From NCBI GenBank assembly GCA_041659205.1, contig JBAZYS010000001.1:54090-118089 (forward strand): a DNA stretch of 64,000 nucleotides. Direction: 5' to 3'. The DNA is from Minisyncoccota bacterium (GTDB lineage Bacteria; Patescibacteriota; Minisyncoccia; Phycocordibacterales; UBA9973). Shown here piece after piece: positions 12,450-20,894 of this stretch (within the stretch, counting starts at the first letter, position 1; each line of letters starts with the position of its first letter). The notes under the pieces are model-generated. The model was not told where the DNA came from and did not search any database. It worked only from the letters and a program-made list of their open reading frames with translations. The position numbers were made by a program, and so were the translations under genes.

Positions 12450-13373
12450 ATGATATTTTCGGCAATCGTAACGATAATAGGTCTTTCTCTTTTTGAGACT
12501 ATTTCTTCAGTAGATAATGCAATCATCAATGCAGAAGTTCTTTCTACGATGGGGGAGAAAGCCAGAAAATGGTTTTTAACCTGGGGTATACTTGTGGCTG
12601 TTTTTGTTGTCCGAGGACTCCTTCCCTTTATAATAATTTGGGCTTGTAATCCAACTCTTTCAATTTTCCAAATTTTATCTGCTGCTTGGTCTTCTGACCC
12701 ACTTGTTCAGGAGTCTATTCATAAATCGGCTCCCATTTTACTTGTGGCGGGTGGAGTATTTCTTTTGTTTTTATTTTTACATTGGCTATTTCTTGAAGAC
12801 AAGAAAATGGGGTTACCAAGAGCAGAAAAATTCTTTATGGCAAAAGGGGTTTGGTTTTATGCAGTTGTTTCAGTATTGCTTTCAGTGATATCCTGGTTTG
12901 CGCTAAAAGAAAATAATTTAATGGCTTTCGGAGCGGTGGTGGGTTCAAGTTTGTTTTTTATCACCCACGGTTTTAAGCAAAATGCAGAAGAGGAAGAAAG
13001 GAGGCTTCTAGGCAGCGCACGTTCAGATTTAAGTAAACTTTTTTTTCTAGAAATAATTGATACAACTTTTTCTATTGATGGGGTATTGGGTGCTTTTGCT
13101 TTCACGCTTTCCGTGCCACTTATTTTAATTGGGAATGGATTAGGTGCTCTTTTAGTGCGACAACTTACCATCAGTAACATAGAACGAATTAAAAAATATG
13201 TTTATTTAAAAAATGGCGCAATGTATTCTATCTTAGTTCTTGGAGTTATTATGATATTGCATAGTTTTGGTTTTAAGATTCCAGAATACCTTTCGCCACT
13301 TTCTACTTTTATAATAATTGGATTTTTCTTTTGGAAGTCCAAAATGCACATTAAACTTAATTTAATTAATTAA
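12450..13373 (+). CDS. TerC/DUF475-family integral membrane protein
   Basis: It is polytopic, with repeated S-x-D-N/G motifs (ISSVDNAIIN; FSIDGVLGAF). Confidence 0.55.
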   Translation: MIFSAIVTIIGLSLFETISSVDNAIINAEVLSTMGEKARKWFLTWGILVAVFVVRGLLPFIIIWACNPTLSIFQILSAAWSSDPLVQESIHKSAPILLVAGGVFLLFLFLHWLFLEDKKMGLPRAEKFFMAKGVWFYAVVSVLLSVISWFALKENNLMAFGAVVGSSLFFITHGFKQNAEEEERRLLGSARSDLSKLFFLEIIDTTFSIDGVLGAFAFTLSVPLILIGNGLGALLVRQLTISNIERIKKYVYLKNGAMYSILVLGVIMILHSFGFKIPEYLSPLSTFIIIGFFFWKSKMHIKLNLIN

Positions 13374-16372
13374 TGAAAGATCTAGAGAAAAACTTTGCAG
13401 AAGAATGTGGGAAGTTAAATAAAGCCCAAAAAGAAGCTGTGAGTATTGTAGATGGTCCAGTGATGGTGGTAGCGGGGCCAGGTACAGGGAAAACAAAAAT
13501 ATTAACACTCAATATAGCCAATATTTTAAATAAAACTGATGCAGCTCCTGAGAGTATTTTAGCACTTACTTATACTACGGCTGGTGTTATCTCTATGAGG
13601 GAAAGGCTCCTTGAAGTTATTGGAGACAGGGCTTACAGAGTAAATATCTATACTTTTCATGCATTTTGTGAGCACATCATAAAAGAGTTTTCTTTTTATT
13701 TTGAAGAACTTGAGGGTGCACGAGTTATCGGAGATTTGGAAAGAGTAGAAATAATTGAAACAATAATCAAAAAAAATAAATTTAAGAATTTGGTATCTTT
13801 TCATGATGAGTTTTCTTTTTTAAATAAAATAGTTGATGGAATGCTTGCAATAAAAAAGGAAGGAATTTCTCCTGAAGAGTTTATTTTAAGTTTACCTAAA
13901 TGGAAACACGACCTTCTCTCCGATGAAGATTTATATTATAAGAAAAACTTCGGTGAATATAAAAAAGGAGATATTAAGCCTGCTGAAGAAGAAAAGATAA
14001 ATAAAAAAATTAAAAAAGCGGAAGAGCTCGGAGAAATATTCACACTTTACCAAGACGAGATAAAGAAAAGGGGACTGTACGATTTTTCAGATATGATACT
14101 TTCTGTGAGAGAGGAGACTTCAAAAAATAAAGATTTAAAAGCAGATGTGCAGGAAAAATATCAATATATTCTTGTTGATGAACATCAGGATACTAATGAA
14201 GGGCAGAATACCTTAGTGGAGCTTTTAACTGATGCACCACACTTAAATCAAAAACCAAATTTATTTACTGTGGGAGATGAAAAACAGTCTATTTATCGGT
14301 TTCAAGGTGCAAGTGAAGAAACCTTTTCTCATTTCAAGAGTCTCTATAGAGATATTCATTTTGTTACTCTTATTGAGAATTATCGTTCGGCGCAGAATAT
14401 CCTGGATGCGGCTCATAGTCTCATCATTAAAACAAAAGGACTAGAGGAAAGTGCTCGTCTTCATTCAAATATTAAAGAAAATGAGAAAATAGATGTTCGT
14501 GAATTTTCCAATTATAAATTTGAGCTTTTGTGTGTAGCGCAAGAAATTAAAATTAAAATCAAAGAAGGAGTTCCTCCTAGTGAGATAGCCGTGCTTTATC
14601 GGGCAAATAAAAATGTCTCTGACATAAAGACGATTTTTGAATTTTTTAAGATACCTTATACAATCTTTTCAAAGGATAAAATCCTTGAGGATGCGAATAT
14701 TAGAAATCTAATTAATATTTTGAAAGTTATTCATAATTTAAATGATGATCATCATTTAGGAAAAGTTTTTTTTACTAAATTTTTGAATCTCGATGCTTAT
14801 GATTCAGTTCTTATTCTAGATAAGTATAGATCTTTCCATAAAGAAGAAAAAAAGCATCTTTTTGCCATTATTGAAGATAAAACACTATTAAAAGAAATAG
14901 GTGTTAAAAATTCAGAAGAATTTTTGATTTTAGCAAAAATTATCAAGGAACTAAAAATTGAATCAAATAATCAAACTTTTTCTGATTTCTTTAAAATTTT
15001 CTTGGATAAGATAGGGTATATAAAATATATGCTTTCTTCTAGCGATAGCCGTCTTCAGTTTATAAAACTAGACAAGCTTTTGGACGAAATAAAAAGACAG
15101 GAACAAACAAAAAAAGGATATTGCCTTACAGATTTTATTTATTTTGTTGACTCATTTGCTAAATATAATTTAGATATTAAGAGTACTGACCCTGAAATTG
15201 TTGAGGGAGTATCTTTAATGACTGCTCATGGCTCAAAAGGAAGAGAGTTTGAACAAGTATATATAATAAATGCTACTCGCAAGTCTTGGGAGTCTAGGCG
15301 GGGCGGGGGGAACAGTATTAGTCTGCCTATTTACCAATATGATGGTAATATCGAGGACGAGAGGCGTTTATTTTATGTTGCAATGACACGAGCAAAAAAA
15401 AGTTTGTTCATCTCTTTTGCTCGCACAGATAATGACGGTAAAGAGCATGAAGAATCAGAATTTGTGAAAGAGATTGATGCGTCCTTTAAAAAAGAAGAAA
15501 AAATGAATGAGTTTGAAGAAAAAAATATTGATAAATTAGCTGAATTTTTGAATTCTGAAAAACAAGTAGCCACTTTGTTTGAGGAAAAATATTTGCAGGA
15601 TCTTTTCTTCAAAAGGGGGCTCAATGTATCTGCTTTAAATAATTATTTAGATTGCCCACAAAAATATCTTTATAAAAGTCTTCTTCGAATTCCAGACTTA
15701 TATTCTCCAAGTCTAAAGTTTGGAAGTATTATAGATTATGCCTTGAATAATTTTTTTGAAAAATCTAAAAAGGAAACAAAGATTTTACCAAAATTTGTTC
15801 TTTTGGAAGAATTTGAAAAAGGGTTAAGAAAATATAATCTTCCTGAGGAAGATGAAGAAAAGTTCAGAAAAAGAGGAGGGGAAGCACTGAATGATTATTA
15901 CGATGAATATTCAAATAAATGGAATCCAGAAGTGGAAACACAATTTCATATTGAGAGAAATTTTGAACTAAATAATAAAAAAATTCTAAAGATTAGTGGT
16001 ACTTTAGATAAAGTGGAATATGTAGATGGTTTTTCTTCTCCCACTATAAATGTGATTGATCATAAGACCGGAAAATCTTTTTCAGAGAAAACAAAAGAAC
16101 AAAAAGCCAACTATGAAAGGCAACTTGAATTTTACACACTACTGCTTAAGGATTATGAAAAAAAAGATTTCAAAATCAATAAAAGTGTTCTTGATTTTGT
16201 GGAGAAAAATAAAAAAGGAGAATTTGAACAATATTTTCTTGATATTACAAAAGAACATCTAGATAAATTGCAGGAGGAGATAAACACCTGTGCAAATGAA
16301 GTCTTGTCTATGGAATTTCTTAAAAAAGGATGCAATAAAAAGGATTGTGAATGGTGCCATATTATAAATTAG
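13373..16372 (+). CDS. UvrD/PcrA-family helicase fused to a C-terminal PD-(D/E)XK RecB/Cas4-like nuclease with Cys cluster
   Basis: Walker A is VVAGPGTGKTKIL. The DExQ motif is ILVDEHQDTNEGQ. Motif VI is VAMTRAKKSL. The C-terminal part has VIDHKTGK, QLEFYTLLL (Q-x3-Y) and the Cys ligands C...GCNKKDCEWC. Confidence 0.8.
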   Translation: MKDLEKNFAEECGKLNKAQKEAVSIVDGPVMVVAGPGTGKTKILTLNIANILNKTDAAPESILALTYTTAGVISMRERLLEVIGDRAYRVNIYTFHAFCEHIIKEFSFYFEELEGARVIGDLERVEIIETIIKKNKFKNLVSFHDEFSFLNKIVDGMLAIKKEGISPEEFILSLPKWKHDLLSDEDLYYKKNFGEYKKGDIKPAEEEKINKKIKKAEELGEIFTLYQDEIKKRGLYDFSDMILSVREETSKNKDLKADVQEKYQYILVDEHQDTNEGQNTLVELLTDAPHLNQKPNLFTVGDEKQSIYRFQGASEETFSHFKSLYRDIHFVTLIENYRSAQNILDAAHSLIIKTKGLEESARLHSNIKENEKIDVREFSNYKFELLCVAQEIKIKIKEGVPPSEIAVLYRANKNVSDIKTIFEFFKIPYTIFSKDKILEDANIRNLINILKVIHNLNDDHHLGKVFFTKFLNLDAYDSVLILDKYRSFHKEEKKHLFAIIEDKTLLKEIGVKNSEEFLILAKIIKELKIESNNQTFSDFFKIFLDKIGYIKYMLSSSDSRLQFIKLDKLLDEIKRQEQTKKGYCLTDFIYFVDSFAKYNLDIKSTDPEIVEGVSLMTAHGSKGREFEQVYIINATRKSWESRRGGGNSISLPIYQYDGNIEDERRLFYVAMTRAKKSLFISFARTDNDGKEHEESEFVKEIDASFKKEEKMNEFEEKNIDKLAEFLNSEKQVATLFEEKYLQDLFFKRGLNVSALNNYLDCPQKYLYKSLLRIPDLYSPSLKFGSIIDYALNNFFEKSKKETKILPKFVLLEEFEKGLRKYNLPEEDEEKFRKRGGEALNDYYDEYSNKWNPEVETQFHIERNFELNNKKILKISGTLDKVEYVDGFSSPTINVIDHKTGKSFSEKTKEQKANYERQLEFYTLLLKDYEKKDFKINKSVLDFVEKNKKGEFEQYFLDITKEHLDKLQEEINTCANEVLSMEFLKKGCNKKDCEWCHIIN

Positions 16373-16440
16373 GATAGTAGGAAGAGCGAAAGTAATTTGT
16401 TATAATTTATTTGTTATTATAAGTTTAAAATAATATTTAT

Positions 16441-16701
16441 ATGCCATTTATAGAAATACACGGAAAAAAGGTACATGTCGAAGAAGGAAGTCATTCTGCG
16501 CAGCATGCAGTTGAATTTTTAACAAAGCATCATGAGGATGCGAAGGCTTTTTTTGCTGCTGCTCATCATGATCATTTAAACGGCGTAGCCCATTTTGAAA
16601 CTAATCGTCCATCAGGCTATCATGGGAGTACTGAGTTTACCTTAATTCACAATGGTGATGGTACATATAATCTAAGAAAAAAAGGGTATCATCTCCTCTA
16701 G
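16441..16701 (+). CDS. small His-rich hypothetical protein (possibly DUF2188-like)
   Basis: 86 aa. It is a paralogue of the next ORF, sharing IxIH...V(E)(F/Y)L...KA(F/Y)(F/Y)...EFTLI. Confidence 0.4.
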   Translation: MPFIEIHGKKVHVEEGSHSAQHAVEFLTKHHEDAKAFFAAAHHDHLNGVAHFETNRPSGYHGSTEFTLIHNGDGTYNLRKKGYHLL

Positions 16702-16821
16702 AACAAATTCGGTCCATTATCTAGCCAACCTAAATACAGGCCTAAAGAAAGGAAAATGACTAGCAAGGCAATTAAAATCCATAGATATTTCTGCATTAAT
16801 AGATTATAACAAATATTTTAT

Positions 16822-17058
16822 ATGTCCGACATTGTTATCCATAACATAAACGTATCATATGACGAAAGTCATGAAAGGGTAAGAAATTTTGTCGAATATC
16901 TACAAGGCGAAGACAGAAAAGATGAAATGAAGGCTTATTATGAAGAAGCCCGACGGAGTGAAAATGGGAAACTCCATTTGAGTGATAAGATGAATAATGA
17001 GTTTACTCTAATTTGCCAAGAAAATCATATTTGTTTTTTGAGATTGAGGGGAATGTAA
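16822..17058 (+). CDS. small hypothetical protein, paralogue of 16441..16701
   Basis: 78 aa. It shares the EFTLI(H/C) motif and collinear similarity with the upstream ORF. Confidence 0.4.
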   Translation: MSDIVIHNINVSYDESHERVRNFVEYLQGEDRKDEMKAYYEEARRSENGKLHLSDKMNNEFTLICQENHICFLRLRGM

Positions 17059-17080
17059 GAAAGTAAATAAACAATGTATT

Positions 17081-18223
17081 TTAACGGATTATTCCGTCGA
17101 AAACTTTTGTAGTTTCTTCTTCAATTTTTTTATGAATAGTATCTATTTCAGCTGATGTTAAAGTTCTGTCGAGTGAACGATAAGTTATTCGAAAAGCATA
17201 GCTTATTTTTCCAACGCCGAATTTTTCTGTATTTTCATATTTGTCTAGAAGTTTTACTTCTTCGGCTAAATCCGGAGCATTTTCTCTAACTAAATCGAAA
17301 TAATCGTTTGGGATAAATGTATTTGGAACAATAAAAGAAATATCGCGGATGATGGGCGGGTATTTACTAACTTCGACAAATTTTTTTCCAAGTTTTAGTT
17401 GTTTAATTACGCGTTCATCCTCTGACCAGAGTAAACGAATGTCAGGTAAGTCCATACTGATGATTGCTAGACGTTCTAGTCCGAAACCGAAAGCCCAGTT
17501 ACTCCATTCTTCTGGGTTGAGTCCAAGATTTTTTATGATTGTATCGGTCATGATTCCGCAACCGAGGACTTCTATCCATCTGCCAGCAATTTCAACTTCC
17601 ATTTCAAGAGATGGATCCGTATAAGGGAAAGTGTCTTTATTAAATCTATATTTTATGTCAGGCCCGAATACTGCTTTTGCAATATCAGCTAAAACTATTT
17701 GCAAATCTTCGATGCCGATAGTTTTTTTACTTTTTGGAATTAAAAATCCACCATCTATTTGATGGAAGACATTCATGTGGTTGCGGTCAATTTCATCTTT
17801 TCTATATACTTTTCCAAAAGAGAAAAATCCAACCGCTTCACCACGAGCCATTTTTTCTTTTACTTCAGGTTGATTTAAATAGTAATACCACATCACCGTT
17901 GTATGTGGGCGTAAGATATTTGTGTCATCAATAAAATAGGTATCAGAATGTGAACGAGCTGGATGATCCGGTGCAAAATTATATAAATCAAAAGTTACAT
18001 CCACTGGGACTATCTCAGGACTTTTTACGGTATCAAAATCTTTAAAGTCTGGTTGAGATAAAATTCTATGAACTATTTCGTAAATAGGGGAAGCAGGATT
18101 GCGGGATAGGTCGGGCATAGATAGATAGCGCTTCATTCGAAGGGCTTCGGTATCAGTCCTATTTTCTAGCTTAGTAAGTAATTCCTTTTCTCCTGGTAAT
18201 TTAATATCGTAATTGTTACTCAT
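17081..18223 (-). CDS. pheS: phenylalanyl-tRNA synthetase, monomeric type: PheS catalytic core fused to a C-terminal FDX-ACB anticodon-binding domain
   Basis: Class II motifs are HPARSHSDTYF, MNVFHQIDG and AFGFGLERLAI. The C-terminal YPPIIRDISFIV...SYAFRITYRSLDRTLTSAEID resembles the FDX-ACB domain of PheT or mitochondrial PheRS. No pheT is adjacent. Confidence 0.8.
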   Translation of the reverse strand: MSNNYDIKLPGEKELLTKLENRTDTEALRMKRYLSMPDLSRNPASPIYEIVHRILSQPDFKDFDTVKSPEIVPVDVTFDLYNFAPDHPARSHSDTYFIDDTNILRPHTTVMWYYYLNQPEVKEKMARGEAVGFFSFGKVYRKDEIDRNHMNVFHQIDGGFLIPKSKKTIGIEDLQIVLADIAKAVFGPDIKYRFNKDTFPYTDPSLEMEVEIAGRWIEVLGCGIMTDTIIKNLGLNPEEWSNWAFGFGLERLAIISMDLPDIRLLWSEDERVIKQLKLGKKFVEVSKYPPIIRDISFIVPNTFIPNDYFDLVRENAPDLAEEVKLLDKYENTEKFGVGKISYAFRITYRSLDRTLTSAEIDTIHKKIEEETTKVFDGIIR

Positions 18224-18300
18224 TGACTAAATATAAAGAAAAACAGCTTAAAAGTAAAGGTTTTTATGTGAAAAAAGGGCTGGTATTTAATATTATTTTT

Positions 18301-18309
18301 TGCTATAAT
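18301..18309 (+). promoter_or_regulatory. extended -10 promoter element (TGcTATAAT) upstream of gyrB, followed by a GC-rich palindromic leader
   Basis: tgctataat lies at 18301-18309. The leader contains the palindromes ctgtcagtagacag (18312-18325) and gattctgcagaatc (18357-18370), which ends 3 nt before the ATG. Confidence 0.35.
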
Positions 18310-18373
18310 TACTGTCAGTAGACAGCGTCGCGCCTCAATGGACAATTGCGTGACGTGATTCTGCAGAATCAAT

Positions 18374-20434
18374 ATGGCAAAAGAGAAAGCAAAAGAGGAG
18401 ACTTCAAAAGGGCATCATTATGATGCCTCTGACATTTCTGTCCTAGAGGGGCTAGAACCCGTCAGGCGCCGTCCCGGTATGTATATTGGTACAACTGGCC
18501 CTGAAGGATTACATCACCTGGTATGGGAGATTTTCGACAATTCACGTGATGAAGCGATGGGTGGTTTTTGTAATGATATTGAAATAGTCCTTCTCCCTAA
18601 TAATCGTATTCGGGTAGCAGACAATGGCCGAGGTATACCTGTAGATATTCATAAAAAGACGAAAGTTTCTGCTCTGGAAACCGTTATGACCACACTTCAC
18701 GCTGGAGGAAAATTCGGAGGAGAAGGGTATAAAGTTTCCGGAGGTCTTCATGGAGTTGGAGCATCTGTGGTAAATGCGCTCTCTATTTATTGTAAAGCAG
18801 AAGTCCATAAGGATGGTGCAAAATATGTTCAAGAATATTCTCAAGGAAAGAAAAAGTCTGCAGTTAAAAAAGTTGGTAATTCAAAACTTCACGGTACAGT
18901 TATTACTTTTGAGCCCGATGAAGCAATTTTCGGTAAAATTGTTTTTGATTTAAACACAGTAGTTAACCATATTCGTCAGCAAGCATATCTTGTAAAAGAA
19001 TTAAAAATTTTAATTATTGACGCCCGTGAGGCTGAAGGGAAAGTAGATGCAAGTGATGTATTTTATTTTAGAGAGCTTGGATTAGAACTACCTTCCGTTG
19101 CTTTTTATTTCGAGGGTGGGCTTGTTTCTCTTGTAAAATATTACAACAAATTTCAGAAACCAATTCAAAGTAATATTTTTTATGTTGAAAAAGAATTGGA
19201 TAATGTCGGCGTTGAGATAGCCTTACAATATGTAGATGATATTACCGATAGAATTTTTCCTTTTGCGAACAATATTTATACTGGAGAAGGTGGAACCCAT
19301 GTGACTGGTTTTAAAACAGCTCTTACTCGAACCCTCAATACTTACTGTAAAAAGAATGAAATGATGAAAGAGTCTGAAGGTGGATTTACGGGAGACGATG
19401 TTTTGGAAGGTTTGACTGCAGTTATTTCCGTGAAACTTCGAGAAATACAGTTTGAAGGACAGACGAAAGCAAAACTAGGAAGTATGGAAGCTCAGGGTGC
19501 TGTGGCGACAGTTTTCGGAGAAGCTTTTGCTGCTTTCTTAGAGGAAAATCCTGACGAAGCGAAAGGGATAATAAATAAATCAATCCTTGCCCTCAAGGCA
19601 CGTAAGGCAGCGAAAGCAGCAAAAGATTCTGTGCTCCGTAAGGGTGCCTTAGAAGGAATGACTCTTCCGGGTAAGCTTGCAGACTGTCAAAGTAAAAATG
19701 CTTCTGAGTCGGAGCTATTCCTCGTGGAGGGAGATTCCGCAGGAGGTTCAGCAAAACAAGGACGAGATAGGCGTACACAGGCAATACTTCCACTTCGTGG
19801 AAAAATTCTAAATGTGGAACGCGCACGTATAGATAAAATGCTTGCTTCAAAAGAAGTTAAATCTCTCATTATTGCGATGGGTACTTCTATTGGAGATACT
19901 TTTGATTTAGATAAAATGCGTTACCATAAAATAATCATTGCGACAGATGCTGACGTGGACGGTTCACATATTCGAACCTTACTCCTTACCCTTTTCTTTA
20001 GATATTTCAGACAAGTCGTTGAGGCAGGATATATTTATATTGCTCAGCCACCACTTTATAAAATAAAAAAAGGCAAAGAAATTTTTTATGCATATACCGA
20101 TGATGAAAAAGTAAAAATTATTGGTAAGAATGCTGATGCAAGTGATATAGAGGAAGTAGTAGAAGGGGAAGAGTCGCAAGAAGAGGAGACACCAGAAGAA
20201 GTGACAAAAAAATCAAACAAAATTCATATTCAACGCTTTAAAGGTCTCGGAGAAATGAACCCAGAAGAACTCTGGGAAACTACTATGGATCCACAACATC
20301 GTATATTAAAGAGAGTAGATATTTCTGATGCAGAAGAAGCTAATAAAATCTTCGATATTCTCATGGGCTCCGAAGTCCCTCCTCGTAAATCATTCATCCA
20401 ATCTAATGCAAAATTAGCAGAGATTGATATCTAA
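18374..20434 (+). CDS. gyrB: DNA gyrase / topoisomerase IV subunit B (type IIA topoisomerase ATPase subunit)
   Basis: The GHKL ATPase N-terminus is present. TOPRIM is EGDSAGGSAKQGRDRRTQAILPLRGKILNVE. The C-terminal IQRFKGLGEM motif is present. Confidence 0.9.
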   Translation: MAKEKAKEETSKGHHYDASDISVLEGLEPVRRRPGMYIGTTGPEGLHHLVWEIFDNSRDEAMGGFCNDIEIVLLPNNRIRVADNGRGIPVDIHKKTKVSALETVMTTLHAGGKFGGEGYKVSGGLHGVGASVVNALSIYCKAEVHKDGAKYVQEYSQGKKKSAVKKVGNSKLHGTVITFEPDEAIFGKIVFDLNTVVNHIRQQAYLVKELKILIIDAREAEGKVDASDVFYFRELGLELPSVAFYFEGGLVSLVKYYNKFQKPIQSNIFYVEKELDNVGVEIALQYVDDITDRIFPFANNIYTGEGGTHVTGFKTALTRTLNTYCKKNEMMKESEGGFTGDDVLEGLTAVISVKLREIQFEGQTKAKLGSMEAQGAVATVFGEAFAAFLEENPDEAKGIINKSILALKARKAAKAAKDSVLRKGALEGMTLPGKLADCQSKNASESELFLVEGDSAGGSAKQGRDRRTQAILPLRGKILNVERARIDKMLASKEVKSLIIAMGTSIGDTFDLDKMRYHKIIIATDADVDGSHIRTLLLTLFFRYFRQVVEAGYIYIAQPPLYKIKKGKEIFYAYTDDEKVKIIGKNADASDIEEVVEGEESQEEETPEEVTKKSNKIHIQRFKGLGEMNPEELWETTMDPQHRILKRVDISDAEEANKIFDILMGSEVPPRKSFIQSNAKLAEIDI

Positions 20435-20892
20435 TGGAATTTAGTGAAATAACAAAAAAATATTGGAAAGAAGAAGACTGGCAAGATTTAGAAAAAGCAG
20501 AAAAAATTTCTGACTTATATGTAATTGCAGAGAGGATTTTTGGTCGTATGAATAAACCATTTATCCAAGTTTGTGGTCCAATTGGCACTGGAGGACTTGG
20601 TTCGGTGGAGGCTAATTTAGATGCTTTTAATGAGGTGATAAAAGATTTACTAAATCAGGGTTTAAATGTATTTGATCAGATGCCTTTTGAGGGGCCAATC
20701 CAGAAGCTTAAAAAGAAGTTAGCAATAAATGGCGAATATTTAGATAGCATTTTAACTGATTTTTATTTACCCATTTTCGAATCTGGAATGGTTTCAGCCT
20801 TTTATTTTATGCCTAATTGGCAAACATCTTTTGGGTCAAAATGGGAACATGAAGAAGCCAAAAAACTCGGTATAAAAATAGTTTACCTTTAA
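20434..20892 (+). CDS. hypothetical protein, nucleoside 2-deoxyribosyltransferase-like fold (DUF4406/DUF1937-like)
   Basis: The motif is FIQVCGPIGTGGLGS. Its ATG overlaps the gyrB stop by 1 nt. Confidence 0.4.
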   Translation: MEFSEITKKYWKEEDWQDLEKAEKISDLYVIAERIFGRMNKPFIQVCGPIGTGGLGSVEANLDAFNEVIKDLLNQGLNVFDQMPFEGPIQKLKKKLAINGEYLDSILTDFYLPIFESGMVSAFYFMPNWQTSFGSKWEHEEAKKLGIKIVYL

Positions 20893-20894
20893 TT

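Noticed and set aside
15281-15320. G-run segment (ggcggggcggggggaac, encoding RRGGGNS) inside the helicase gene as another inserted element
   Set aside because: It is not palindromic and not repeated elsewhere in the window. It is probably just a Gly-rich loop.
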